DNA of 64,000 nt, from NCBI GenBank assembly GCA_038231435.1, contig JBBRLJ010000007.1, positions 61,139 through 125,138 of the forward strand. Reading direction: 5' to 3'. Below the pieces are notes generated by a model. That model was not told where the DNA came from and searched no databases. It saw nothing but the letters and a program-made list of their open reading frames with translations. The position numbers and the translations under genes are program-made. Positions 10,752-20,836 of this stretch are shown in pieces. Numbering within the stretch: position 1 is the first letter of the stretch; every line of letters starts with the position of its first letter. The stretch comes from Planctomycetota bacterium. Its GTDB lineage: Bacteria > Planctomycetota > UBA11346.

Positions 10752-11534
10752 ATGGTAACCATGCAGCCATCCATCACCTTGTCCGTGCAGTCGGCGCCAG
10801 CTCCGCTGATCCAGCCACACCCGCGCCGCCGTTCGTTGCGCTCGGGCTTCACCGCGATCGAATTGCTCATGGTGATCGGCATCATGATGATCCTGATGTC
10901 GATCGCGACGCCCTCGGTGGTCACCGCATTGAGGCGGGGCACCGTCAACAATGCCGCGAACAATGTCATGCAATGCTGGCGGCAGGCGCGCAGCTTGGCC
11001 ATGACCTGCGTGGTGCCGGATGCTCCGAACGGCTTCCAGCCGAAGCATTACGGAGTCGTCATCGTCGCCGATGCGGCCAACGGCAGCTACGCGGCGATGA
11101 TCTACGGCAACACCGCGATCAACACCCCTGCCGACGCGGCTGGCGCGATCCTGCGCGTGGACCCCACCGGCCCCGCCGACGACATCGCCAATCCGCCGGT
11201 CGCGAAGTACAAGTTCAACGCCAATGTGCAGGTTCGCAGCGCGGCCCTCGGCGATACGGCGGTCGATGCTGCTGAACGCACGCTCGCGGTGTACGCGCAG
11301 TACCGCACCGGAGTGCCCATCGCTCCAGTCGAGGTCGTGGGAGGGTCCGCTCCGACCGCATCGCCGATCAGCGTCGGACTCGGCTCCAACACCACCTATG
11401 GTCTCGCCGGAAGCCCCATTACGCCGGTCCTGCAGCTGCAGACCCTGGACTTCTCCACGGTCGCGGTGAAGCGGGGATATGCGCTCCGCCTCACGCTGTT
11501 TCCTGTCGGTGTCCTCGCCACCCAGGAACTGTGA
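10752..11534 (+). CDS. Prepilin-type N-terminal cleavage/methylation protein (FimU/GspH-like)
   Basis: Basic leader RRRSLRSG|FTAIELLMVIGIMMILMSIATP (class III signal, E+5); QARSLAM helix as in GspH/FimT. Confidence 0.85.
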   Translation: MVTMQPSITLSVQSAPAPLIQPHPRRRSLRSGFTAIELLMVIGIMMILMSIATPSVVTALRRGTVNNAANNVMQCWRQARSLAMTCVVPDAPNGFQPKHYGVVIVADAANGSYAAMIYGNTAINTPADAAGAILRVDPTGPADDIANPPVAKYKFNANVQVRSAALGDTAVDAAERTLAVYAQYRTGVPIAPVEVVGGSAPTASPISVGLGSNTTYGLAGSPITPVLQLQTLDFSTVAVKRGYALRLTLFPVGVLATQEL

Positions 11535-14500
11535 TCCAGATGGCGCGGGCGGCTATGCGGACGGGATTCACGCTCTTCGAGGTGGTGATCAGCATGCTGG
11601 TGCTGAGCATCGCGGTGCTCACCACCCTGGCGCTGCTGCCCATCGGACTCAAGGCGCAGCAGCTGTCGCGCTACCAGATCTACGCCAGCTCAATGTCGCT
11701 GTCGCTGATGGAGAACTTCCACAACCCGCTGCCGCTGTTCCGTGGGCACGGCTCGCTCGCGCCAAATCTCGACGCCAATCTCGAGCTCAACAACGACCTG
11801 CCGCCCTCGCCGGGCTGGGCCAACCGGCTGCGTACCGCGAACATGACCGCGTCGCCCTTTCAGGCCGACATCGAACGGTACCTCTGCGGCACGACCACGG
11901 GCGTGCTGCCCGTGCCCCTCGAGATCTCGCGCCGCTTCGAGAGCAGCAACGACGAGATCCAGAAGATCCTCGATCAGGGCGGCGAACTGTTCTATTTGGA
12001 CAGCGCCTACATCCGCGGCCTCACCATCGGCTCGTCGCGCGACAAGTCGTCGACCCTGACCCCGGCCCCCGAGGTCCAGAAGCTGGTGTTCGCGGTCACC
12101 GGTTACGCGCAGCAGAACGCCCTGACCCAGCACCCGGTCGAGAGCTGGCCGTGGTACGAGCTCTACCCGTTCCCGCCGGCATGGGTGGCCCTGAAGGCGT
12201 ACGGCTACGAGCTCAGGCGCGGCCCGGTCACCGTCGGCAAATGGTACAATAACGCGACCAGCAGCTGGGTCTTCAACCCGAGCCCGTTCCTGCCCGGGCA
12301 TCAGCTGCGAGGCCAGGCGGGGGACATCCTGTGGGGCGACGGCGGCCATTCAGCCCTCTCGCAGGATCCGGACACCGGCTACATCTGCCAGCGCGACCCG
12401 AACACCCATCAGGCGTTCTTCGGCTACAAGGACCGACGCGGCGTGGTCTTCGCCGACGCGCCGATGAACCGGCGCCAATACCGCCCGTACAAGGGTCCGC
12501 AGGGGACCGACGGCGAGCCGCCGCCCTACGCTCGCGGCAACAACTACACCGGCGATCTGCAACGCGACAACCTCATCGATCCTCCGGACAAGGTAGGCAA
12601 GGGTCCGGGGGCGATTCGCGAGGCCTCCGGCGAGTCCGGATTGGGAGGCGACACCGGCTGGTACCAGGGCCGCAACTGGCGTTACTTCAAGGAGAACTTC
12701 GGCGCCGGTACGCCGTGGGCCGATGGCTGGCTGGCGTTCCAGCGGCTCGCCGGCTTCAACGACGATGATGGGCGAGACAAGACCTGGAACCAGTACGCCA
12801 CCATGGCGGTGACCGAGGACAAGCGCTACGACAAGGCCGGCTGGCTGCCGGTGTTCGCCATGTTGACCATGGACGACGAGCCGAAGTACGACCATTACTG
12901 GTGGGATGTCGGCAATCCCAATCGCTATCACGGCACGGATGTCGGCGGCGATTCGATCGGCAGCGAGAACCAGGTGGGCACCGGCGTGTGGCCGCCGCGC
13001 CCGGTGAACTACACCGGTGGAGACTGGGATTCGTCGCCGTGGTCCAACGGCGTACCCGGCCAGTGGGACAACAAGATCACGGTGATCGGCGCTCCCTGCA
13101 GCCAGGCGCTGCCGCCCACCTACGAGATGCGCGCCAGCTACCGCGACAAGGCGATCGCCCTGTGGAACGCGGTGAGCCCGTCGTCGGCGTCCGCGGCGCC
13201 CACCGTCGGCGTCAACGTCTACAACACCCAGGTGGATTGCGACCAGTACGAGTTCTCGGCGAAGTCGCTCGATACATTCCCGCTGGTCGATCCGCAGACC
13301 CTCTCCGCTCCGCCGCATCCGGCGCAGGTGCTCGCGCTGAGCTATCTCGCCCACGCCGCGATGCTGATGACCGGTTGGGACGTGCCCGTCCAGGATCCGT
13401 ACACGCGCTTCCGCGCCGACTGGGATCTGCTGACTTGGCGCTACGCGTGGATTCCGCCGGCCGCGAACGCCACCCAGTACGGGCCGGGCAACTACCAGGT
13501 GCCGCCGGCCCCGACCGCGGGACTGAAGTGCTCGCGTGCGAAGGATGTGAAGCTGCTGGATCCGAATCCAGGCGGCGGCGCTCCATCCGCCGGAGTGGTG
13601 CCCAACACCGATGTGTACGTTGGCGGACTGAGGAACGGCACGCTCTATTACCACACCGGCGCCACGCAGCTGTGCATCACCAACGACACCGACCGTCCGA
13701 TGACCTTTTACGATGGCGACGAGATCTGCTTCGAGCAGGACTACCGCGAATGGTACACGACGACGCGCTGCGACCAACCCGCCCGGGGCTGCATCAAGTA
13801 CCGCATCAAGATCGCCGCGGATGTCCTCACCATCCCGGCGAGCCACGGCGCGCCCTATGCCGATGTTCCGCTGCCGATCGGAGCCGATACGCCGGCGTAC
13901 CATCCGCCGTCCTCGCAGTTCATCACCATCGAGCCGCCGCTCCTGCACGATTACGACACCATGGTGGGCATCGCCGCCGCCATGCCGTACATGGCACCGC
14001 CGCGGGTCGCGGATCCAGGCCATCCGCAGCAGATCATCCGTGTGTGCAGCGAGTACGATCGCGCCTTCGCGCGCAAGGTGCACGAGATGTGCATGCTGTG
14101 GGCCGCTGCCTACGGGTCCGAGAACGCCTACGACTGGGGAGCTCCGCGCCCGATGAACCACCAGGTCATGAGCGACAAGCCGCTCGTGCTCCTCGATCTG
14201 TTCCACGACGCCAAGAACGGCTCGGTCAGCCCGGTGCCGACCGCCGCGGTGCGCACCCCGACCGGGCTGCCGACGGCGACCACCTTGTCGTCGACGGAGT
14301 CGTTCTATCGCTGGATGGTCCCGCCGAATCCAGCGCCCCGGTCGTGGTTCCGCGCCTCGGGCTATGCGCCGGCGGCCGGCCCTGTCGACGCCATCAGCCA
14401 CCAGGGCCCTGGCCGCCATCCTGAGAAAGCCTGGACCAGCATGGTGTTCAATCCCGAGCTCGCGCCGCCGGGCAAGCCGGGTTCGGGCACCACGGTGGCG

Positions 14501-15046
14501 TGGGATTGGAGCAGCGATCAGCAGCGATACTGGCTCGATCGTCCCTTCCAGCCATTCCACCGCGGCCGCCAGCTGGTGTTCTGGGGGATCGACTGGAAAT
14601 CATACGAGGATGCCGAGACCGCGCCGACCGCACCCATGGACGCGGCGAAGATCGGCCGCGCCATCACCGCCAACTACGACAACGGCTCGCAGGTCACCGG
14701 CTTCCTGCCCACCTTCGATTTCGACAACTGGACCTCGGAGATCTACAGCTACCAGTCGGACCGCGCTGACAGCCTGCAGTGCGGCAATCCCGAGACCCCG
14801 TACGTGTGGATCGACGCCGCGCGCAAGACCCGCTACATGGACGATGCGACGACCATGTGGGACAAGCACCACCAGGCCTACACGCGCGAGGGGCCCGACG
14901 CCCTGCTCGGCCACTTCGGCGCCGACCGCAACAACAACCGCATCCTCGACATCGGCCCCATCCCAAAGACCACGCGCATGCGCGCGCTCACCATCGCACG
15001 CTTCAACGTCTATGACCCCGTCATGCGCCTGAACGTGAACAACTGA
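11531..15046 (+). CDS. Giant prepilin-type protein (PilV/GspI-like N-terminus, 1171 aa)
   Basis: RTG|FTLFEVVISMLVLSIAVLTTLALLPIGLKAQQ; GTGA overlap with the previous gene; good GC3 codon bias throughout; alternative start 11540. Confidence 0.85.
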   Translation: MIQMARAAMRTGFTLFEVVISMLVLSIAVLTTLALLPIGLKAQQLSRYQIYASSMSLSLMENFHNPLPLFRGHGSLAPNLDANLELNNDLPPSPGWANRLRTANMTASPFQADIERYLCGTTTGVLPVPLEISRRFESSNDEIQKILDQGGELFYLDSAYIRGLTIGSSRDKSSTLTPAPEVQKLVFAVTGYAQQNALTQHPVESWPWYELYPFPPAWVALKAYGYELRRGPVTVGKWYNNATSSWVFNPSPFLPGHQLRGQAGDILWGDGGHSALSQDPDTGYICQRDPNTHQAFFGYKDRRGVVFADAPMNRRQYRPYKGPQGTDGEPPPYARGNNYTGDLQRDNLIDPPDKVGKGPGAIREASGESGLGGDTGWYQGRNWRYFKENFGAGTPWADGWLAFQRLAGFNDDDGRDKTWNQYATMAVTEDKRYDKAGWLPVFAMLTMDDEPKYDHYWWDVGNPNRYHGTDVGGDSIGSENQVGTGVWPPRPVNYTGGDWDSSPWSNGVPGQWDNKITVIGAPCSQALPPTYEMRASYRDKAIALWNAVSPSSASAAPTVGVNVYNTQVDCDQYEFSAKSLDTFPLVDPQTLSAPPHPAQVLALSYLAHAAMLMTGWDVPVQDPYTRFRADWDLLTWRYAWIPPAANATQYGPGNYQVPPAPTAGLKCSRAKDVKLLDPNPGGGAPSAGVVPNTDVYVGGLRNGTLYYHTGATQLCITNDTDRPMTFYDGDEICFEQDYREWYTTTRCDQPARGCIKYRIKIAADVLTIPASHGAPYADVPLPIGADTPAYHPPSSQFITIEPPLLHDYDTMVGIAAAMPYMAPPRVADPGHPQQIIRVCSEYDRAFARKVHEMCMLWAAAYGSENAYDWGAPRPMNHQVMSDKPLVLLDLFHDAKNGSVSPVPTAAVRTPTGLPTATTLSSTESFYRWMVPPNPAPRSWFRASGYAPAAGPVDAISHQGPGRHPEKAWTSMVFNPELAPPGKPGSGTTVAWDWSSDQQRYWLDRPFQPFHRGRQLVFWGIDWKSYEDAETAPTAPMDAAKIGRAITANYDNGSQVTGFLPTFDFDNWTSEIYSYQSDRADSLQCGNPETPYVWIDAARKTRYMDDATTMWDKHHQAYTREGPDALLGHFGADRNNNRILDIGPIPKTTRMRALTIARFNVYDPVMRLNVNN

Positions 15047-15060
15047 GCAGGCGAGGCAGC

Positions 15061-16752
15061 GTGCGCAGAAACCACCACCGCATTCCGCTCGTCCCGCGCC
15101 TGGCGATGCTCGCGCGCCTGGCCGAACCCCGGAGCGCCTTCACCCTCATCGAGATGATGATCGCCGTCGCCCTGTCCACGGTGATCATCATGACCGCGGT
15201 GGCGGCCTTCCGCGTCGTCAGCCGCGCCATCAACGCCGCCGACAGCATGAGCGTCGAGAACTCGCTGCTGAGGATCGGCTTCCAGGCGTCGCTCGACGAT
15301 GTCGACTTCTATCATTCGGAAGCCAACGACAAGGCGCCCTACGACAAGGGATTCACCCGCGTGCGCACACAGGTGGCGGACGACCCCACCACCCTAGATA
15401 CGGATCAATACATCAGGCGCCACTTCCAGCCGATCGACTTCCTGGCAAGCACCGATCCGGACGTGTGGCCGTACGATGTGGCCTCGGACGAGACCAACCC
15501 CGCGTCGGCGACCTGGTCGAACGCCTACAACCACGTGATCAATCCCAACGTGTTCCAGGCGAGCGATCCGCGCTCGATCGACCGCTTTGGCATCTACGGC
15601 AACCAGAATCCGCCGGAATACTACCGCTACGTCACCTCCACCTTGATGCACGGCAACTACCTGAACGTCGTCTGCACGGACATGCGCTACAAGGGCTCTG
15701 CCTCGAACAGCCCGCGCTTCCCGTACGATCCGGCGTCGCCGAATTCGCCGATGCCGTACAAGCTCGCGCTCGACGTCACCACCTCTCCCGCGTGGCCCTA
15801 CACCGCGCCCATCGCCTACGGCGAGCCGACCGGCGGACTGGTCGATGTGGCCGTCACCAACCCGGTCAAGACCTCGTACAACCAGGCTGTGCCGCTGCTC
15901 GGCTGGCAGATGTACACGCGCATGCGCGAAGTCGGGTGGATGGAATACCTCCCGCCCTGCGTCTCGCTCGAGATCATGGATCAGCACGGCGACTGGCCGA
16001 ACATGAACAACTCGAGCCCGAAGGGTTTCCCGGAGACCAGCGGCCCCGGCGGCCAGGACACCGTGTGGTGGTACAATAGCTACTTCAGCGGCAGCCGCGA
16101 CATCGCCAACTTCCTCGGCCTCGAGTACCGTGAGGCGCGCTGCTATGCGCTCGCCACCCTGCCGGTGATCGCCGCCGGCGCGGCGGATACCACGTCCAGC
16201 GGCTGGGGCCTCGCCGGCGGATACGATGGCACGGCCTTCATCTGCGGGATGATCAACCAGGGAGAGGAGTCGGGCTACTTCCACAATCCCAACCAGCTGA
16301 CCGCCGACACCTACCACTTGACCACTGGCGACGTGGGGCGCAACGATCTGCTGCACACCTCGCGCACCGTCCGCCTGCCGTACAACCGCTCTGATGGCGA
16401 ACGCTCCTCGTTCAATGCGGGCTCGTGGTCGATGCGGGCCAACCGCAACGTGCCTATCTACACGCCCACGCCGCTCGACTTCGACACCAAGCCGTCGAAG
16501 TACCCGATCCTCAGCACCACCATCCTGCGCTACCACCGCCTGGGCGGCCTGGCCCTGGTCACGCTCGCGACCACCTCGGTCGAGGACCCGACCACCGGCC
16601 GGCGCGTCGAACTGAGTATGACACCCCTCGGGACGTCGTTCCGCGGCGCGCGCCAGCACTGGCGGCTCTACAGTCCCGCCTACACCTCGACCACGGCCAT
16701 CGGCGACTTCTATGGCACGGACACGGCCGCCGGGCCATTCTACAATCCCTAG
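15061..16752 (+). CDS. Prepilin-type protein (PilW/GspJ-like N-terminus, 563 aa)
   Basis: RSA|FTLIEMMIAVALSTVIIMTAVAAF. Confidence 0.85.
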   Translation: MRRNHHRIPLVPRLAMLARLAEPRSAFTLIEMMIAVALSTVIIMTAVAAFRVVSRAINAADSMSVENSLLRIGFQASLDDVDFYHSEANDKAPYDKGFTRVRTQVADDPTTLDTDQYIRRHFQPIDFLASTDPDVWPYDVASDETNPASATWSNAYNHVINPNVFQASDPRSIDRFGIYGNQNPPEYYRYVTSTLMHGNYLNVVCTDMRYKGSASNSPRFPYDPASPNSPMPYKLALDVTTSPAWPYTAPIAYGEPTGGLVDVAVTNPVKTSYNQAVPLLGWQMYTRMREVGWMEYLPPCVSLEIMDQHGDWPNMNNSSPKGFPETSGPGGQDTVWWYNSYFSGSRDIANFLGLEYREARCYALATLPVIAAGAADTTSSGWGLAGGYDGTAFICGMINQGEESGYFHNPNQLTADTYHLTTGDVGRNDLLHTSRTVRLPYNRSDGERSSFNAGSWSMRANRNVPIYTPTPLDFDTKPSKYPILSTTILRYHRLGGLALVTLATTSVEDPTTGRRVELSMTPLGTSFRGARQHWRLYSPAYTSTTAIGDFYGTDTAAGPFYNP

Positions 16753-16800
16753 TGCGCGCCCTAGCGCTCGCGACGATCCGAACCTCCAGATGAGCCATCC

Positions 16801-18336
16801 ATGAACATCTCATCCAGCGCACATCCCATCGGCTCGGATCCGCGCCGATCCGTGCGCGCACATCGGCCCCAGAGCCGACGCGGCACGGTGCTCATCATCG
16901 TCGCCGGCCTGTCCTCGATCCTGCTGGCGCTTGCCGTCACCTTCATGGCGCGCATGCGCTCCGACAGCCAGGAGGTCAGGAGCGTCGTCGCCGACGCCCA
17001 GGCCCGGCTGATGCTGCACGCCTCGCTGATGTACTTGCAGGAATGCTCGCGCATCGGCTGGGGAGACGCCACTGGGGAGTGCTTCGGCTGGACCGACATC
17101 CGCGATGGCGGCATCGGTCCGCGCGGTCCGCGACCGATCGGCGCGGTGTCGTTCCCGTTCACCGCCGCTTGGGCCCCGCGCTGGTACACCAATCATGCGG
17201 GATGGCCCGCGTACCGCGCGGACATGGACGATGCCGATCTGCCCGCCCCGTCATCGCGGCGCGGCGGCTGGCCGCTGCCTGGCACCGCGACGCGCTGCCC
17301 GATGGCAGTCCCGGTGGTGACGCCATACGCCACCGAGCTCACGCTCGCCTACAATCCCGTGCCGACGCTGGTGCCCTACGGCGACCCTGCTTGGACGACC
17401 GCTTGGGGCCCAGCCGCCGGCGGCTGGCCATGGTTCAAGGCGGATTGGGCGCCGACCGGTACGAACTGGATCCCACGCATCTATGGCGCCGGCGCCAAAG
17501 GCATGCTCGATCCGCAACCGGTCAAATCCACCTACGCGGAATTCGTGAACGGCAGCGTCTCGACGGCCACCGCGGGGGATTGGATCGCCGAGAAATACGA
17601 TGCGGTCACCGGTGCTCCGACCGGAGGCACCCAGCAGCTCCTGGTCCAGCCCGGCACCGAGAACGAATCGTGGTTCCGCATCTACCGCGAGACCCAGAAG
17701 GATCACGACGGGAATCCGGCCAATGTCGGCAATCCCGGCACTGAATGGTGGGACCATGTCGCCATGTACGATGGCGCGCCGCCGAAGGACACCGTCAAGC
17801 CGCCTCGCCGCATACGCAATTGGAGCGTGTTCATCGTCGCCTGCGGCGCGGGTGGAACCCACGGCTTCCGATTCTGGGACGACGCGGACATCTCGGCGTG
17901 GGAGACCAAGTACGGCCTCTACGGTTACGGCCGCGCGATCGAGCCGGTGACCGCCTCGGAATCCGGGCTATTCGCGAACGAACGCATGTTCCGCGATCTG
18001 CTCGCGAGCAGCCGCATCATCTGGTTCCGCTGCGAGTGGTCGGCGATGCAGTCGGGCGCTCGCGACATGGGCATCTACAACCATTGGATGTGGGGAAACC
18101 GCTTCTCGGGCCCGCAGGTCGCGACCATCCGGCCGTACATGCAGCAACCCGAATCATGGGACCGCTACGTGTTCAAGGGCGGATACAACCCGAACTACAC
18201 CTCGCAGTACGCCAACACCGAGGTGCGCATGTCCAGCGAGCCAACCGAGAGCGATGTGCGCACCCAATCCCCAAAGGTGTTCGGCGGCAACATCAAGTGG
18301 CTGCAGCGGCTCGATCGCGATCCGGTGCTCTGGTGA
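16801..18336 (+). CDS. PilX/GspK-like pilin protein (511 aa)
   Basis: RRG|TVLIIVAGLSSILLALAVTF..R lacking E+5, followed by an AQARLMLHASL helix, as in PilX/GspK N-termini. Confidence 0.8.
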   Translation: MNISSSAHPIGSDPRRSVRAHRPQSRRGTVLIIVAGLSSILLALAVTFMARMRSDSQEVRSVVADAQARLMLHASLMYLQECSRIGWGDATGECFGWTDIRDGGIGPRGPRPIGAVSFPFTAAWAPRWYTNHAGWPAYRADMDDADLPAPSSRRGGWPLPGTATRCPMAVPVVTPYATELTLAYNPVPTLVPYGDPAWTTAWGPAAGGWPWFKADWAPTGTNWIPRIYGAGAKGMLDPQPVKSTYAEFVNGSVSTATAGDWIAEKYDAVTGAPTGGTQQLLVQPGTENESWFRIYRETQKDHDGNPANVGNPGTEWWDHVAMYDGAPPKDTVKPPRRIRNWSVFIVACGAGGTHGFRFWDDADISAWETKYGLYGYGRAIEPVTASESGLFANERMFRDLLASSRIIWFRCEWSAMQSGARDMGIYNHWMWGNRFSGPQVATIRPYMQQPESWDRYVFKGGYNPNYTSQYANTEVRMSSEPTESDVRTQSPKVFGGNIKWLQRLDRDPVLW

Positions 18337-18362
18337 TCCGCCCGGTGCCGCTAGGATCCGCC

Positions 18363-19781
18363 ATGCCGAACACGCACTCGCATTCCAGCAGAGCGGCCAT
18401 CGTCAGCTGTCCCGGCAGGGCCAGGCCGGGGTTCACGCTCATCGAGCTGCTGATCGTCATCGCCATCATCAGTATCCTCGCGGGCATGACGCTCACCATC
18501 ATGGCGACCATCCGCTTCCGCGCGTCCACGCTCGATACGGTCACGCGCATGCAGGCGGTGCTGAACGGGCTCGCCACGTACAGCCAGACCGAAGGCGCGA
18601 CCGCGGCATCGCTGCAGATGAATTTTCAGCTGGGCGGGGTTGGCAAGTTCGCCTCGCTCGACACCATCTCTGGCATCATCGACTCGAACGCGAGCCTCAA
18701 CGCCGGCACCGTGATGCCGCCGCTCCTGGTGGTGCCAGACTTCAGCGGCACGGTGTGGTCTACCACCGCGCCCGATCAGAAGGATCAACAGAAGCCGCAG
18801 TGGAAGAACACCTTCGACGTCCTGCCCTCGGCGCAGAATCCCGCGGCCTCTGCGGCCTATTACGCCACCAGGTGGCCAACGCAGTGGCCGACGACCGACT
18901 GGCTGCAGGCGTCACCAGGCACTCTCCCGCCGATCCTGCGCTTCCCGTGGGGGAAACCCGGATTGACGCTCAGCGGCGAGATCTGTGATCCGAACCAGCC
19001 GGCGGCCGCAGTGGTGCGCCACGCGATGGAGTTCGACAGCTTGTACAACTGGCGGAAGAACCAGGGCGGCATCGACGTGCCCGTCGCCAATGCCTGGATC
19101 ACCATGGGCGGCGTCGGCTCGCTGCCGACTGGTCCGACTCCGGTGCTGAAGTTCTCCACCGCGAATAGCGCGCAGAGCGATGCGGTGGTGTCGTCGGTCG
19201 AGGGGCGCCGCTCCGATGGCACCGACGTGACCGTCCAGGCCAACCAGCCGCTGCCGTTCGATCTCGGCTACCTCTCGCCGTTGCGCACCATCGATCTGCT
19301 GGTGGCGGCAGGGGTGCTACCGGTCGGCGGCGAATCCCAGTACCGCACCGATCGCAAGCTCAAGCGCACCTGGAACGACGCGTGGGGGAATCCCCTCGTC
19401 GTGGGCTACGCCGTCTTCCAGCCTGAACGCTTCTACCGCAACTACGACCGCGACAACCGCCGCGAACTGTTGCTGAAATCCGCGCAGAACGCCTACGGAT
19501 ACGGACGCTCGATCTACGTCGCCGTCGGTGCCGTCGGCCCCGAGCGCGGCGCGATCGCCGGAAGCATCACGGGAAGCGGCGCGCTGGATGCATCGACCGG
19601 CCCCGCCAGCGACCCCGCTCCGCTGGCGCAGATCTGGAAGCAGATCTGCCGTAACTGTGGAGCGCATCTGTGGACCGAGAGCGGCTTCGCATCTCCTCCG
19701 AAGGCCTGGAGCAGCGGCACGGCGAAGGGCGCCAAGAACGGCATGCGCTCGTTCCTGTCCCAGCCCAAGGAGATCCGCTGA
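18363..19781 (+). CDS. Prepilin-type protein (PilE/GspG-like, ~472 aa)
   Basis: RPG|FTLIELLIVIAIISILAGMTL; late DAWGNPL and AVGPE motifs resembling the GspG DPWGxPY..SxGPD signature. Confidence 0.85.
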   Translation: MPNTHSHSSRAAIVSCPGRARPGFTLIELLIVIAIISILAGMTLTIMATIRFRASTLDTVTRMQAVLNGLATYSQTEGATAASLQMNFQLGGVGKFASLDTISGIIDSNASLNAGTVMPPLLVVPDFSGTVWSTTAPDQKDQQKPQWKNTFDVLPSAQNPAASAAYYATRWPTQWPTTDWLQASPGTLPPILRFPWGKPGLTLSGEICDPNQPAAAVVRHAMEFDSLYNWRKNQGGIDVPVANAWITMGGVGSLPTGPTPVLKFSTANSAQSDAVVSSVEGRRSDGTDVTVQANQPLPFDLGYLSPLRTIDLLVAAGVLPVGGESQYRTDRKLKRTWNDAWGNPLVVGYAVFQPERFYRNYDRDNRRELLLKSAQNAYGYGRSIYVAVGAVGPERGAIAGSITGSGALDASTGPASDPAPLAQIWKQICRNCGAHLWTESGFASPPKAWSSGTAKGAKNGMRSFLSQPKEIR

Positions 19782-20165
19782 GAGGCGGTCGAAGCTGCCT
19801 GCGGAATCGGCTACGGCCATCTCGACCTCTCCCCAACACCTCCAGAGGGTGGACGAGCACCGAGCCGATCGATCACGTCGGTGATAGCGCTCGGGTTGTG
19901 GTCCGTTGAGCGCCTCCTCGGGCAGGTCAAGTGCATCATGGATGAGCCGTGCGCGTGAGGGAGCGCGGAGGGCATCGTCGGCGTGACATAAGCGCTGTAT
20001 GGCCAATGAGTCCCTCGAAGCGTGCCATTCTCGCAGGGGGAGCTCGCGGGAAATTTGTGGGGAAATCCTTCCCAGGGATGGCATAATGCGGGGCCCCACC
20101 AAGACACGCCCCGCCTTACTCCCATTTAGCCATTCCTCCTCACGCCCACCCTCCGCGAGGTACTC

Positions 20166-20414
20166 GTGCTCTACCAAACCAGCTCCACCGCATCGATCCA
20201 TCCGAGCATCGACGGACTCGTCGCGATGATCACGGCGAAGAAGAACTCCGCCGAAGAGGATGCCAAGCTGCGTGAGCTGTGCCGGCGCAAGATCCGCAGC
20301 TACCGCGAGGACGTGTACCTCAAGCGCTACACCACCTCGACCGACCTGGCTGCCGCCAAAGACCGCTGGCAGATGGTGACCGAGTTCGCCAATCGCGAGC
20401 CCAAGAAGACCTGA
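20166..20414 (+). CDS. Small hypothetical protein (82 aa, basic, helical)
   Basis: GAGG SD before GTG, strong GC3 bias, extended -10 TGGCATAAT at 20079-20087. Confidence 0.65.
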   Translation: MLYQTSSTASIHPSIDGLVAMITAKKNSAEEDAKLRELCRRKIRSYREDVYLKRYTTSTDLAAAKDRWQMVTEFANREPKKT

Positions 20415-20468
20415 GCCCTCAGGGCTAGCCGCCGGCCCGGGGGCGGCTTCCACGCTCTGCGTCGCTCT

Positions 20469-20513
20469 GGCGATCCAAGGCGATCCAAGGCGATCCAAGG
20501 CGATCCATGGCGA
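20469..20513. repeat. 10-bp tandem repeat (GGCGATCCAA) x ~4.5
   Basis: GGCGATCCAA x3 + GGCGATCCAT + GGCGA read directly; intergenic. Confidence 0.9.
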
Positions 20514-20836
20514 AAGTCGGTAGCGGCCGCCTGCTCCGTCTTTCCCGCGGATCCCATCCGTTCTCCGACATCATGCGATGTGCCGGCAGGTGCCGGATCG
20601 GCCACCGAGATCGTACGAGATCGGCGCCATCCTCACGTCGTATCGTCGACAGCCTGGGCCGAGGTCGCCCGTATGCCGCGAGGGTCGCCAAGGCGCGATA
20701 CCGTCTTCGCGCCGCGTCGGAGCGGATCCTTCCCGGCGGGTACCGGGTCGCCGACTGTATCCTGCGAATACTCCCCATCTGCACCTACCCCGGTTGCACA
20801 TCCCGGTACCCTCGAGGCTAACGGGAGCCGATACCG

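Noticed and set aside
10265..11002. His-rich minus-strand ORF (HHHRHPHERGHPH)
   Set aside because: Reverse reading of the ATG-rich repeat; overlaps the first pilin gene
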